Notes: generated by a model not told the origin, from the letters alone. A stretch of DNA of 64,000 nucleotides from a bacterium (GCA_030704665.1 JAUYID010000009.1:256832-320831); one strand, 5' to 3'. Numbered from the stretch's first letter, positions 27,202 through 36,652 are shown. A program made the numbers and translations.

Positions 27202-28756
27202 AAGCCCCAAATGGCCAATTCTTTATGAAAACATCTTGCGAGTTGGAGATCCGGATCAATCTGTTGGGGTGGTTACCCTTTGGACTGAGCGGGATGTGAT
27301 CAAGGATTCTTTGGAGAAGAAAGATTATGCCGCCATCGGCAATCTTTATTCGGCAGCTGGAATCAACCACATGATGCGCAACGTTCTCGCCAATCCGCAC
27401 ATCAAGCATTTGGTTGTTTGGGGAGCAGATATGTCGGGGTCAGCCTCGTCCCTGCGCAATTTTATGGAAAAAGGGATTGATGAAAACTACAAGATTCAAG
27501 GTGCTCCGGGCGAGATCGAAAAAGAAATACCTAGGCAGGCAGTTGAGGATTTTCGCAAAAACGTAGAGCTCATCGATATGCGCGGCAAGCCGAAGGAAGA
27601 AGTGGTCAAAGTGGTCAAATCTTTCAAAAAAGAAAAACCTTTTCGGCCTAAAGCGGAAGTCTTTCCAGCCTCGGAGAAGAAAGTTTCGACCTGGCCTTCG
27701 GAGCAAGTTAGTTATCGTATCGAAGCTCCAACTGTCGCACAGCTTTGGCTCAAAGTGCTCAACATGGTCACCAAGTACGGCCGGGTTAAAAGTACCAGAT
27801 ATGCAACGACCAACGAGCTCAAAGAGCTTTTAAATCTGAATGCGGTTGTGACTGAGGAAGACCCACTCAACGAGTATTTTCCCGAGTATTTACCCTTCAC
27901 CATGCAGGAGTTGAAGGCTTATTACCCCGAATGGTTGACCGCTCGGCGAATTCCCGGGACTGCCTACAACTATGGTGACCGCATGCGCAACATGGATGGG
28001 ATCAACCAAATCGAAGAAATCAAAAAACTTTTGCAGACCAGACCGGACAGCAAAAAGATGATCGCTTCTCTATACAATGTCAAAGTTGACTGGGCGGCTG
28101 CCAACACGGGGGACACACCCTGCATTACTCAAGTCATTTGTGGTGTGCAGGACAAAAAACTTTTCATGACCGTCCACGTGCGCAGTCAAGACATGTTCCA
28201 CGGCTGGCCCCGCAACATGTTTGCTGCTCGCAAACTGCAAAAAGAAATCGCCGATTCGGCTGGCTACCCACTGGGGAAACTGGCGATGATTACCCACAGT
28301 GCTCATATGTATGCTGATGACTGGACCACTTCCCAGCAAATTCTTGAGGACTGGTATATCAAAGAAGCGAAGCACAAGGCCGGCTACCGCTTTGACGAAG
28401 ATCCCCGCGGTAACTGGCTGATTGAGGTAGATCGAGTAAATAGTTTGATCACTGCCAAACTCTATACAGCTGACATGAGTACGCAGTTAGCAATGTTTCA
28501 CGGCAAGACCGCTGAAGAGGTGGCCTACCAAATCGGGGACTGGGAGCTGATCACGATGACTTCACACGCCGAAATTGTTGGCATTGAGCTAGGCAAAGCC
28601 GAGATTGCCCTCAAAGCTGGTCTTGAGTATCGCCAAGATAAACCCTTAGATTTAAATAAAAAATACGTTGCTGAAGAGTTGATTAAACAAGAAGAAATTC
28701 CCGCCGAAACCCGTTACGTGCGCAAAGGTAAAAAAGTAATTCCTCTCAAAAACTAA
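27191..28756 (+). CDS. thymidylate synthase (ThyA)-family protein with ~175 aa N-terminal and ~140 aa C-terminal extra domains
   Basis: 521 aa. Central region aligns by eye to ThyA (KYGRVKSTRYATT = RTGTGT, PCI nucleophile Cys, HVRSQDMFHGWPRNMF = YQRSCDVFLGLPFNI with Asn retained). Flanking domains unassigned. Confidence 0.55.
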   Translation: MATRSPKWPILYENILRVGDPDQSVGVVTLWTERDVIKDSLEKKDYAAIGNLYSAAGINHMMRNVLANPHIKHLVVWGADMSGSASSLRNFMEKGIDENYKIQGAPGEIEKEIPRQAVEDFRKNVELIDMRGKPKEEVVKVVKSFKKEKPFRPKAEVFPASEKKVSTWPSEQVSYRIEAPTVAQLWLKVLNMVTKYGRVKSTRYATTNELKELLNLNAVVTEEDPLNEYFPEYLPFTMQELKAYYPEWLTARRIPGTAYNYGDRMRNMDGINQIEEIKKLLQTRPDSKKMIASLYNVKVDWAAANTGDTPCITQVICGVQDKKLFMTVHVRSQDMFHGWPRNMFAARKLQKEIADSAGYPLGKLAMITHSAHMYADDWTTSQQILEDWYIKEAKHKAGYRFDEDPRGNWLIEVDRVNSLITAKLYTADMSTQLAMFHGKTAEEVAYQIGDWELITMTSHAEIVGIELGKAEIALKAGLEYRQDKPLDLNKKYVAEELIKQEEIPAETRYVRKGKKVIPLKN

Positions 28757-28858
28757 ACTTGATTTCCGTGCCTGAGTATACTATACTATGGGACAGAAAA
28801 CTGAGCGTGGACAACACGAGTTCGTGCTCTTGCATTTGAACAAGAGAGGAAGAGGGAA

Positions 28859-29590
28859 ATGTCGGATCTGTTTTACTACCTACGGTACAACACTGTGGCG
28901 GGTGAGGACTGGTGGCTCTTCCGTATCGTGGCCTGGTACTGCCGCAGCCGCAGGATTGACCTGCCGGCAGGACGGTGCCACTTCAGCGAGATCATCTGCC
29001 TCTACGTCCCGATCTACGTCGCTCTCGGTCTGCTCTTCAAGCTGATCGTCGGCGTCATCTGGCCGCTTCTTCGCTTCGTGACCCGACCGCTCTGGATGCC
29101 AGTTCTTTGGTATCTGAGAAGGTTGGATGAAGAGTTCAGCCATAGGGCAATCCGCAGTTTAACCCTTGCCACCGTGGCGGTCCTTGGGTTGCTCTTCTAC
29201 ACGGGCGTCTCAATCGGCCTCGATCTTAGGGATGGAAGCCTGTCTGATGAAGGCGACGATGCCTCTGCAATGGAGGTGGCTCTGGTAGTGTTGGCCTTCT
29301 TCGGCTTTCTGACGGCGGAGTATATTCTTGTCTGGATCTATGATGCCGTTCGGCCGAGATTACAGCCAGCTTTTGAACTCGGTCACGAGGCCTCGGAAGC
29401 ACTGCATCGGCCCACGGTCCGCCAAGTTGGTGGTGTGGTTGTCTCGCCGTTCAAGATTGTGCCGGCGGGAGCTCGTTTCGGACGCGACTTCGGGGCTGTA
29501 ACGTTCAGTACAGTCCGCGGAGGTTGGCGGCGGACGGTTTGCCCGCGCTTGACTTACAGGTTCGACACGAGCAAGTACCGGCAGCAATAA
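28859..29590 (+). CDS. polytopic membrane hypothetical protein (GC-rich islet)
   Basis: 243 aa. GAGGAAGAGGG RBS. Several TM helices. Confidence 0.45.
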   Translation: MSDLFYYLRYNTVAGEDWWLFRIVAWYCRSRRIDLPAGRCHFSEIICLYVPIYVALGLLFKLIVGVIWPLLRFVTRPLWMPVLWYLRRLDEEFSHRAIRSLTLATVAVLGLLFYTGVSIGLDLRDGSLSDEGDDASAMEVALVVLAFFGFLTAEYILVWIYDAVRPRLQPAFELGHEASEALHRPTVRQVGGVVVSPFKIVPAGARFGRDFGAVTFSTVRGGWRRTVCPRLTYRFDTSKYRQQ

Positions 29591-29637
29591 GGCGCGAACA
29601 GCCAAAGCTCGTGCTCTGAGCAAGAGAGGAGTCAGTC

Positions 29638-29877
29638 ATGAGACAGGTGATGGCCATTCTTTACGCATTGCTGGGCGTAGCCATGGTCTTCGCTTTCTTC
29701 TGGGCAGTGGTCCAGGGAGGAAGGACAAGCTGGATCGCCTTCGCGGTCCTCGTCTTGGGGTTCGTAGTGCTGTACCCTTTCGTCGGTAGACTCGTTCCGA
29801 AACGGCGACGGGCAGCGGAGCACCACTACCTGCACAAGGTGATGGACTCGACCCACCGACCGCGGCGCTTTGGTTAG
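29638..29877 (+). CDS. small membrane hypothetical protein
   Basis: 79 aa, two TM helices, AGAGGAG RBS. GC-rich. Confidence 0.4.
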   Translation: MRQVMAILYALLGVAMVFAFFWAVVQGGRTSWIAFAVLVLGFVVLYPFVGRLVPKRRRAAEHHYLHKVMDSTHRPRRFG

Positions 29878-30173
29878 GAGGGCAAGCTTGGGCAAGTCTG
29901 AACCCGATGAATGGACCGGCGAGCGCCTAGAAAGGTTCCAGGAATGGAAGGAGGAAGTCTAATACGAGCGGGAACGTGAGCGCTACATGGTTTCCTGCTG
30001 GCGTTGCGATTTTCGGTTTTGCACCATTCAAGGATACGAATGTCCAGATTGTGGTTGTAAGAACGGAGGTTTATGACGCAGTGGTGGCAAGCTCGAAAGA
30101 GAACGACAGCAATATCTGTCTACCTCTTGCCAATACCCTAAACTAAGCAGCAATAACTGGTTAATTTAGGAAG

Positions 30174-30205
30174 AGAAACGACCTAGCAATGGGTCGTTTT
30201 TCTTT
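30174..30205 (+). terminator. intrinsic terminator, near-duplicate of 8936-8976 module
   Basis: GAGAAACGACCTAGCAATGGGTCGTTTTTCTTTGC. Confidence 0.6.
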
Positions 30206-30210
30206 GCTTA

Positions 30211-30273
30211 AATGTCATTCTCGGTTTTGATCGAGAATCTTCCGGAAGATCCTCGTTTTCACGAGGATGACAT
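30211..30273. repeat. MITE-like palindromic element copy
   Basis: AATGTCATTCTCGG...CGAGGATGACAT, near-perfect 62-bp palindrome centred on TTCCGGAA. Confidence 0.55.
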
Positions 30274-30378
30274 GAGAAGTTACTCCTAACTTTGTATTCA
30301 CACCTCTTAATTCAAAACTCATCACTGCTTGCTCGCTAAGCGTATAATATTCCTCAATTCGGCTAGTTTAGTGATCGA

Positions 30379-30807
30379 ATGGAGACGATCATGAAGAAAG
30401 GCAGGATCCCCGACCTACGCAAGTGCAAGAACTGTCAGCGACTCTACCGCAAGCACAAATCGGTGAACTACTGCTGTTTTTGCGGGACGAGCTTAGGAGA
30501 GAGGCAACTTCCCAAAGTTCGCCTTTCCTGTAGCGCTGATCTGAGCCGGCTGACCCGTGTCCTCTATTACCGACGAGCCGGTCGCAACCAGTACTCGAAT
30601 CGAAAAGCGGCTCGTTGTCTACAAGCACTGGCTGAAAATGACAGCAAGCAGCTCTACCGCATTGTGGTGCTTCATCTGGAGCTCAACAACCACGGACAGT
30701 CCTGGTCCTTTGCAAAGATTGGTCGGCAGACAGGACTCTCAGAATCAACCGTGCGGTCTCGCTATCACATTGCTGTGCGGAAGATGCGCGAGATGATCTG
30801 GCAATAA
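30379..30807 (+). CDS. zinc-ribbon + sigma-70 region-4-like HTH small protein
   Basis: 142 aa. N-terminal CKNCQ...CCFCG. C-terminal WSFAKIGRQTGLSESTVRSRYHIAVRKMRE resembles sigma region 4. GC-rich. Confidence 0.5.
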   Translation: METIMKKGRIPDLRKCKNCQRLYRKHKSVNYCCFCGTSLGERQLPKVRLSCSADLSRLTRVLYYRRAGRNQYSNRKAARCLQALAENDSKQLYRIVVLHLELNNHGQSWSFAKIGRQTGLSESTVRSRYHIAVRKMREMIWQ

Positions 30808-30913
30808 ATAGGTAGACGAGATCGGGTGGGGCTTCGGATTAAACTAAACTAATCCCAGCTCCACCCAAGACGAACTTCCCCAAAATTTGTTTCCTATAGT
30901 ATAGTAATGCAAT

Positions 30914-31576
30914 ATGTCAGCTAAGTTCATTGTTTTCGAGGGCTCGGACGGAACTGGAAAAACTACCCAAGCAAAACTTTTAAGAGACTTTTTGGCCAAA
31001 AAGGGTATCGACTCGGTTATTATCGATTTTCCTCGCTATTGGAGCAGTTTTCATGGACGTATTATCCGCCGCTACTTGCACGGTGAACTTGGTAAGCTTG
31101 ATCATGTTAATCCTTATCTGATTTCCTTTGCTTATTCTCTCGATCGGGCCACCGCCAAAGAAGAAATCCAAGGCTGGCTTAACGAAGGAAAATTTGTTAT
31201 CGCTGATCGTTACGCTCCTTCCAACATGGCTTATCAGGCGGCGAAGCTGCCACCCTCCAAACGTAATCAGTTCATTAAATGGGATTACGATTTGGAATAC
31301 AAAGAGAATAAAATTGTCCCGGAAGATTTTGTCCTCTATCTTTACCTTCCAATTGATATCACTACCAAACTCTTGAAAAAAAGAAACCGTAAACTAGACA
31401 TTCATGAAGTTAATGTTGATCTTTTGAGAGAGAGTCAAAAAATGTATTTAAAGCTTTCAAAAAGATTCAAACACTGGGTTGTTATCAACTGTGTCGATGA
31501 GCAAGGAAACCTCAAAAGCAGGGAAGAGATTCACGAGAAAATAGTTGCAACTCTGAAAAAGTTAAATATAATTTAA
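30914..31576 (+). CDS. tmk: thymidylate kinase
   Basis: 220 aa. P-loop FIVFEGSDGTGKTTQ and DRY motif. Confidence 0.85.
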   Translation: MSAKFIVFEGSDGTGKTTQAKLLRDFLAKKGIDSVIIDFPRYWSSFHGRIIRRYLHGELGKLDHVNPYLISFAYSLDRATAKEEIQGWLNEGKFVIADRYAPSNMAYQAAKLPPSKRNQFIKWDYDLEYKENKIVPEDFVLYLYLPIDITTKLLKKRNRKLDIHEVNVDLLRESQKMYLKLSKRFKHWVVINCVDEQGNLKSREEIHEKIVATLKKLNII

Positions 31577-31578
31577 TC

Positions 31579-31824
31579 ATGGATCATAATCCTGCCGAAA
31601 ACCCACTCAATCTTCAAGACGAGACGATCAAAGCTTACCTTGCTAAACACCCTGAAAAGACTGCAGAACTGACTTCAACTCTGATGAGTGCGGAAGAGGA
31701 AATTACTCCAAAACAAACAGACGACCCCTTAGGTATTTCCGGAACCAAAATCGGAGTTCTTGCCCTTTTTGGAGTGTTGATTTTAATTGTTGGGTTTGCA
31801 ATTTTTAAATTACTTTCTGTTTAA
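31579..31824 (+). CDS. small C-terminally anchored hypothetical protein
   Basis: 81 aa. C-terminal TM GVLALFGVLILIVGFAIF. Immediately follows tmk. Confidence 0.35.
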   Translation: MDHNPAENPLNLQDETIKAYLAKHPEKTAELTSTLMSAEEEITPKQTDDPLGISGTKIGVLALFGVLILIVGFAIFKLLSV

Positions 31825-32118
31825 ACTTGCTTACCCTTGACTGTTTTGCTATACTGAGCCGCGTTACTAAATTTCACACACCTGAGCAAAGAAAAGCCCT
31901 GCGCTTTGTCCGTCAGTTTACGAAGTAAACCTGACGAGACGGGCGAACTTCAGGTGGAGGACAGAAAGGGTTTATTCTTTAATTTTAATTACATCGACCT
32001 AAATTTAAACCCTTCGGGACTATTTTCCGGAGAAATTAGCTTAGAAAAACTTTAGGTATTGTATGCGGTCGATATTATTCAAAACTAGAAATTGTAGGAT
32101 TTAAGGAAGTTTTAAATT

Positions 32119-32853
32119 ATGGCAAAAACACCGTCAATGAAAGAACTACTTGAAGCTGGGGCTCACTTTGGGCATCAGACCAGGCGTTGGAATCCCAAAA
32201 TGGGTAATTATATTTTTGGGGCGCGCGCCGGGGTCCATATTCTCGATCTGGAAAAAACCGAGGAAAAACTCAAAGAGGCAGCCGAATTTGTGCGTGAAAC
32301 AGTCGAAAAAGGCGGCAGCGTCGTTTTCTTGGCAACCAAAAAGCAAGCCCAGGAAATCGTTAAAACTGAAGCTGAACGAGTCGGGGCAATGTTTCTGGTC
32401 GAGCGCTGGCTCGGCGGGCTTTTCACCAATTTCGAGGCAGTCAAAAAGACAATTGAGAAAATTCCCCAACTTGAGGAAAATTTAAAACCGGAGAGCAAAT
32501 TTACCAAAAAAGAGCAGCTTTTGATCAGTCGCGAACTGGCCAAGCTAAATCGCAATATTGGTGGGATAAAGAATCTTGAGAAGCTTCCTGAGATACTTTT
32601 TGTTGTTGATGCGAAGAAAGAAGACAACGCGATCAAGGAGGCCAGAAAAACCGGTGTCAAGGTCGTTAGTATCGTCGATACCAACGCTGACCCGACCAGT
32701 GTTGATTTTCCAATTCCCGCCAACGATGACGCGATCAAATCGATCAGTCTGGTTGTGAAAACCATTGCCGACGCCTTTGAAGAAGGGAAGGCAGCAAACC
32801 AGAAAAGAATGGAAAAAGAAGCTAAAAAAGTCGAGAAGGAAAAGGAGGATTAG
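32119..32853 (+). CDS. rpsB: 30S ribosomal protein S2
   Basis: 244 aa. MAKTPSMKELLEAGAHFGHQTRRWNPKM N-terminus. Lys/Glu-rich tail. Confidence 0.9.
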   Translation: MAKTPSMKELLEAGAHFGHQTRRWNPKMGNYIFGARAGVHILDLEKTEEKLKEAAEFVRETVEKGGSVVFLATKKQAQEIVKTEAERVGAMFLVERWLGGLFTNFEAVKKTIEKIPQLEENLKPESKFTKKEQLLISRELAKLNRNIGGIKNLEKLPEILFVVDAKKEDNAIKEARKTGVKVVSIVDTNADPTSVDFPIPANDDAIKSISLVVKTIADAFEEGKAANQKRMEKEAKKVEKEKED

Positions 32854-32854
32854 A

Positions 32855-33316
32855 ATGACAGACATTAACGCTGCACAAGTGAAACAACTTCGAGAAGAAA
32901 CCGGGGCAGGGGTGATGGACGCCCGCAAAGCCTTGCTCGATTCTGATGGAGACATGGAAAAAGCCAAGGACATCCTCAAAGCCGCCGGAGCAGAAAAGGT
33001 TGCCAAAAGAGCGCGGCGTGAGACCGGACAAGGCCTGATTGAAACCTACGTCCACGCTGGTGGCAAGGTTGGGGCTATGGTACACTTAGCTTGCGAAACC
33101 GATTTCGTTGCCAAAACTGACGAGTTTAAAAATCTCGCCCGCGAAATTGCCATGCAAGTGGCCGCCATGAATCCAGCCGATGTTGACGAGTTGGAAAAAC
33201 AGGACTACATCCGCGAGCCGGGAAAGACCATCAAAACTTTGATCGACGAGGTCATCGCCAAAACTGGTGAGAACGTACAAGTTAAAAAAATGGTTCGCTA
33301 CTCGCTCACCGATTAA
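32855..33316 (+). CDS. tsf: elongation factor Ts (short form)
   Basis: AAGGAGG RBS, ATG 2 nt after the rpsB stop. MTDINAAQVKQLREETGAGVMDARKAL N-terminal UBA-like domain of EF-Ts. Confidence 0.8.
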   Translation: MTDINAAQVKQLREETGAGVMDARKALLDSDGDMEKAKDILKAAGAEKVAKRARRETGQGLIETYVHAGGKVGAMVHLACETDFVAKTDEFKNLAREIAMQVAAMNPADVDELEKQDYIREPGKTIKTLIDEVIAKTGENVQVKKMVRYSLTD

Positions 33317-33331
33317 GCTGTAACCTTATAA

Positions 33332-33385
33332 AATGTCATCCTGAATTTATTTCAGTATGACCAACTGGATACTGAAACAAGCTAA
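33332..33385. repeat. MITE-like element, short variant
   Basis: AATGTCATCCTGAATTTATTTCAGTATGACC...CTGAAACAAG. Matches both ends of the 52866-52940 copy. Lies between tsf and frr. Confidence 0.45.
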
Positions 33386-33401
33386 GTAAAACAAGCCACA
33401 G

Positions 33402-33956
33402 ATGGAACAACTTCTTACCCAAACAAAAGAAAAAATGAATAAAGCTCTTTCTCACCTTGATGAAGAGTTAAAAGGGGTTCGCACTGGTCGAGCAACACCA
33501 GCTTTGATTGAAGGGGTGAAGGTGGCTGTTTATGGCTCCCCACTAAATTTGCGGGATGTGGCCAGTGTCAATGCTCCCGAGCCAAGAATGCTTTTGGTCC
33601 AGCCCTGGGATCCGAACAATACCGACGCAGTCGCCAAAGCTATCCGTGAAGCCGGTTTAGGTTTTAACCCGATTGTTGAGGCAAACTTAGTTCGTGTTCC
33701 GGTTCCAGAACTAACAGAGGAAAGAAGAAATGAGTTGACCAAGCTGGTCAGCGAAAAGGCTGAGGGAGCCAGAGTTGCCCTACGCGCGATTCGTCGGGAA
33801 GCAATGGAAACAATTGACAAAGAAAAAAAGAATTCGCAAATCAGTGAAGACGAACAAAAACGTCATCAAGAGCAGGTACAAAAAATTACCGACGAGGATA
33901 TGAAGACTTTAGAAGAAAGAGTAAAATCAAAGCAAGCGGAGCTGGCCCAAATTTAA
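33402..33956 (+). CDS. frr: ribosome recycling factor
   Basis: 184 aa. Typical Frr N-terminus and VRTGRA motif. Confidence 0.85.
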   Translation: MEQLLTQTKEKMNKALSHLDEELKGVRTGRATPALIEGVKVAVYGSPLNLRDVASVNAPEPRMLLVQPWDPNNTDAVAKAIREAGLGFNPIVEANLVRVPVPELTEERRNELTKLVSEKAEGARVALRAIRREAMETIDKEKKNSQISEDEQKRHQEQVQKITDEDMKTLEERVKSKQAELAQI

Positions 33957-35099
33957 ATGTTACTCACCATTGCTATCATTGCCATTGGAATAGTTGTCAC
34001 CGCCGCCCTGATCACTTTTCTGGTCACAATCCACGAATTCGGTCATTTTCTGACGGCCAAATTTTTTGGAGTAAAAGTCGAAGAGTTTGGGATTGGCTTT
34101 CCTTTTCCGGGGCGACTTTGGAAAAAGAAATTCGGTGAGACGGAATATTCAATCGGAACTTTGCCGGCCGGGGGTTTTGTCAGACTTTTTGGTGAAGAGG
34201 AAGAAGAGAACAAGCCCCGCAGTTTTTCTTCCAAACCGGCTTGGCAAAGAGCAGTCATAATAGTAGCCGGAGTTTTTGTTAACTTCGTTTTTGCTTTTGT
34301 TCTCTTTACCGCCTTACTTGGGTTTTCTGGCTGGAAAACGCAGATTCCGCAGCTTTTTGGAGTCAACCACTTTCCTTTTGGTAGTCAAGAAAACCAAGTT
34401 CTTGTCGTTGACGTTGAAAAAGATTCCGGTGCTGACACGGCGGGAATAGAGGCAGGGGATATCATCTTGAGTGTAAATGAGAAAAAGATTGAGTCAATCG
34501 AAGAGTTGAGAGGAGGAACCAACGCTTCAAAAGGACAGGCTTTGAATCTGACACTGGAAAACTCACAAACAGAAGAAAAGCGCCAAGCCCAAGTCACCCC
34601 AAGGTACAATGAAGAAGAAAAACGATGGTTGATCGGAGTTGCACCTTCTGAATTGACCGTGCTTTCTTATCCAAGTTTGGCCGAAAAAATCTTTGTCGGG
34701 CCACTGCACTCGGCTAACATGTTGCAGTACCAATACGAAGTGATGAAAAATCTCTTTTCCACTTCGGTAAAAGAGGGCAATGCAACCCCAATTACCCAGA
34801 ATGTCTCTGGAGTTGTTGGTGTAGGTGGAGTCATCACCCAACTGATCCAAGTTCTCGGCTTTGGGGCTGCCGTCCCACTGCTGACTGTCATGGCTCTTTT
34901 GAGTTTGCTGCTTGCCATCATCAATGTCTTACCCATTCCAGCGGTTGACGGCGGACGACTCTTTTTTGTTTTGGTCGAGCTTGTCACTAGAAAAAAAGTC
35001 AACGCCACGGTTGAGCGTTGGGTCCATACCGCTGGCTTTGGCATCTTGATCGTGCTTTTCGTTCTTATTACTTTTAATGACATCCTTAAGTTTTTCTAG
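33957..35099 (+). CDS. rseP: RIP metalloprotease RseP (M50 with PDZ)
   Basis: 380 aa. HEFGHF zinc motif. PDZ block AGIEAGDIILSVNEKKI. C-terminal LDGG. Confidence 0.75.
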   Translation: MLLTIAIIAIGIVVTAALITFLVTIHEFGHFLTAKFFGVKVEEFGIGFPFPGRLWKKKFGETEYSIGTLPAGGFVRLFGEEEEENKPRSFSSKPAWQRAVIIVAGVFVNFVFAFVLFTALLGFSGWKTQIPQLFGVNHFPFGSQENQVLVVDVEKDSGADTAGIEAGDIILSVNEKKIESIEELRGGTNASKGQALNLTLENSQTEEKRQAQVTPRYNEEEKRWLIGVAPSELTVLSYPSLAEKIFVGPLHSANMLQYQYEVMKNLFSTSVKEGNATPITQNVSGVVGVGGVITQLIQVLGFGAAVPLLTVMALLSLLLAIINVLPIPAVDGGRLFFVLVELVTRKKVNATVERWVHTAGFGILIVLFVLITFNDILKFF

Positions 35100-35141
35100 C
35101 AAAGCTTGACAGAGCCTCTTTACTTGCTAAACTAAATTCAG

Positions 35142-36344
35142 ATGCGTTTTTCCGATTCCTTTATAAAAACCTTGCGCGAAGCACCGAAAGATGAAACCAG
35201 CGCTAACGCTCAACTACTAATTAAGGGTGGGTTTATCGACAAATTGATGGCTGGTTCTTATACGCTGTTGCCTTTGGGTAGGCGAGTTGAGCAAAAGATT
35301 GAGGAAATAGTTCGGGAAGAAATGAACGCTACGGGAGCACAGGAAATTCTCATGCCACTTCTTCATCCAAAAGAAATTTGGAATGAAACGGGACGTTGGG
35401 ACACAGCAGCAGAGGTGATGTATCAGTTTAAAAAAGACGAAAAAGAATACGCTCTATCGTTTACCCATGAAGAGATTGTCATGGATGTTATTCGAAAGCA
35501 CATCGGTAGTTACAAAGATTTACCCGCCAATCTTTATCAGTTTTCCACAAAATTCCGCTCGGAAAAGCGTCCAAAATCAGGAATCCTTAGGGGACGGGAG
35601 TTTCTTATGAAGGATCTCTACAGTGCACATATTAATGAGGAGGATATGTGGAAATATTACTGGCAGGTTGCTGACACATACCTAAAAGTTTTTAAGCGCA
35701 TGAATCTTGATGCGATTATTACCGAGGCTGGTGGAGGCGTTTTTACCGATAGATTGACACACGAGTTCCAAGTAAAAAGCGAGGTAGGCGAAGACACCAT
35801 TTATATGGCTGATGGTTGGAAATATGCAAAAAATGAGGAGATCATGACAGATGAGGATAGGAAAGCGAAAGGTTTAAAGTCAATTAAATCAATTGAGGTG
35901 GGGAACATTTTTCCATATGGGACTGACAAGTACTCAGATTCTATGAAAGTGCTTTACACGGATAAGAATGGAGACAAAAAGCCTGTATGGTTTGGAGCAT
36001 ACGGTATCGGTATTACACGTCTCATCGGCGTTTTGGTTGAAGTATTTCACGATGAGCACGGTATTATTTGGCCTGAGAGTGTGGCACCGGCGCAAATCCA
36101 TCTCATTAAAATTGGGGATAACAAAGAAGCCGACGAGATTTACGACAAATTAATAAAGTCAGGCAAAGAAGTCCTATACGACGACCGGGATGTCTCTGCA
36201 GGAGTAAAACTTTCCGATGCTGATCTGATCGGACTTCCACAACGCTGGGTGGTTTCAGAAAAAACTCTCAAAGAAGACAGTGTTGAAGTGAAAAAGAGAA
36301 GTGAAGAAAAGGTAACTTTGAAGAAGATAAGTGAGTTAGTTTAA
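35142..36344 (+). CDS. proS: prolyl-tRNA synthetase (short form without editing insertion)
   Basis: 400 aa. Class II motifs and ProRS catalytic core. C-terminal anticodon-binding region. Confidence 0.75.
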   Translation: MRFSDSFIKTLREAPKDETSANAQLLIKGGFIDKLMAGSYTLLPLGRRVEQKIEEIVREEMNATGAQEILMPLLHPKEIWNETGRWDTAAEVMYQFKKDEKEYALSFTHEEIVMDVIRKHIGSYKDLPANLYQFSTKFRSEKRPKSGILRGREFLMKDLYSAHINEEDMWKYYWQVADTYLKVFKRMNLDAIITEAGGGVFTDRLTHEFQVKSEVGEDTIYMADGWKYAKNEEIMTDEDRKAKGLKSIKSIEVGNIFPYGTDKYSDSMKVLYTDKNGDKKPVWFGAYGIGITRLIGVLVEVFHDEHGIIWPESVAPAQIHLIKIGDNKEADEIYDKLIKSGKEVLYDDRDVSAGVKLSDADLIGLPQRWVVSEKTLKEDSVEVKKRSEEKVTLKKISELV

Positions 36345-36415
36345 GTCCTCCTGCCGGTAGTTCTCGTTAGTTAAAATTTTAACCTTCAAGAACCACCGGC
36401 GAAGATCGTCTCTCC

Positions 36416-36652
36416 TCAAAAATGCGGGAAGAGAAGAATCAGTAGTGCTCCGAGTGCTCCCCCAGCGACAGCCTCCCTTGGCGACAAGAAACCGGCTAGC
36501 ACCAGTGACGTGGCCACGGCAGCAAAGAGAGTCAGAGCTCCGATCATCGCTACCAAGTCCAGAACGGACATGTGCGGGAAGGTGAAGGTTGACTCTGGCC
36601 TTCGACTGTGGAAGAGGCCCCAGCCTTTCTCAAACTTTTTTGTTGGTTTCAT
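36416..36652 (-). CDS. small membrane hypothetical protein (GC-rich islet)
   Basis: 78 aa. ATGA overlap with the upstream ORF. Confidence 0.4.
   Translation of the reverse strand: MKPTKKFEKGWGLFHSRRPESTFTFPHMSVLDLVAMIGALTLFAAVATSLVLAGFLSPREAVAGGALGALLILLFPHF

Noticed and set aside
32146-33085. Long antisense ORFs opposite rpsB/tsf (32208-32765, 32545-33006) and opposite dnaX (46655-47317) and topA (21004-21573)
   Set aside because: They are antisense to strongly supported conserved genes, with compositionally biased translations. These are typical shadow ORFs.
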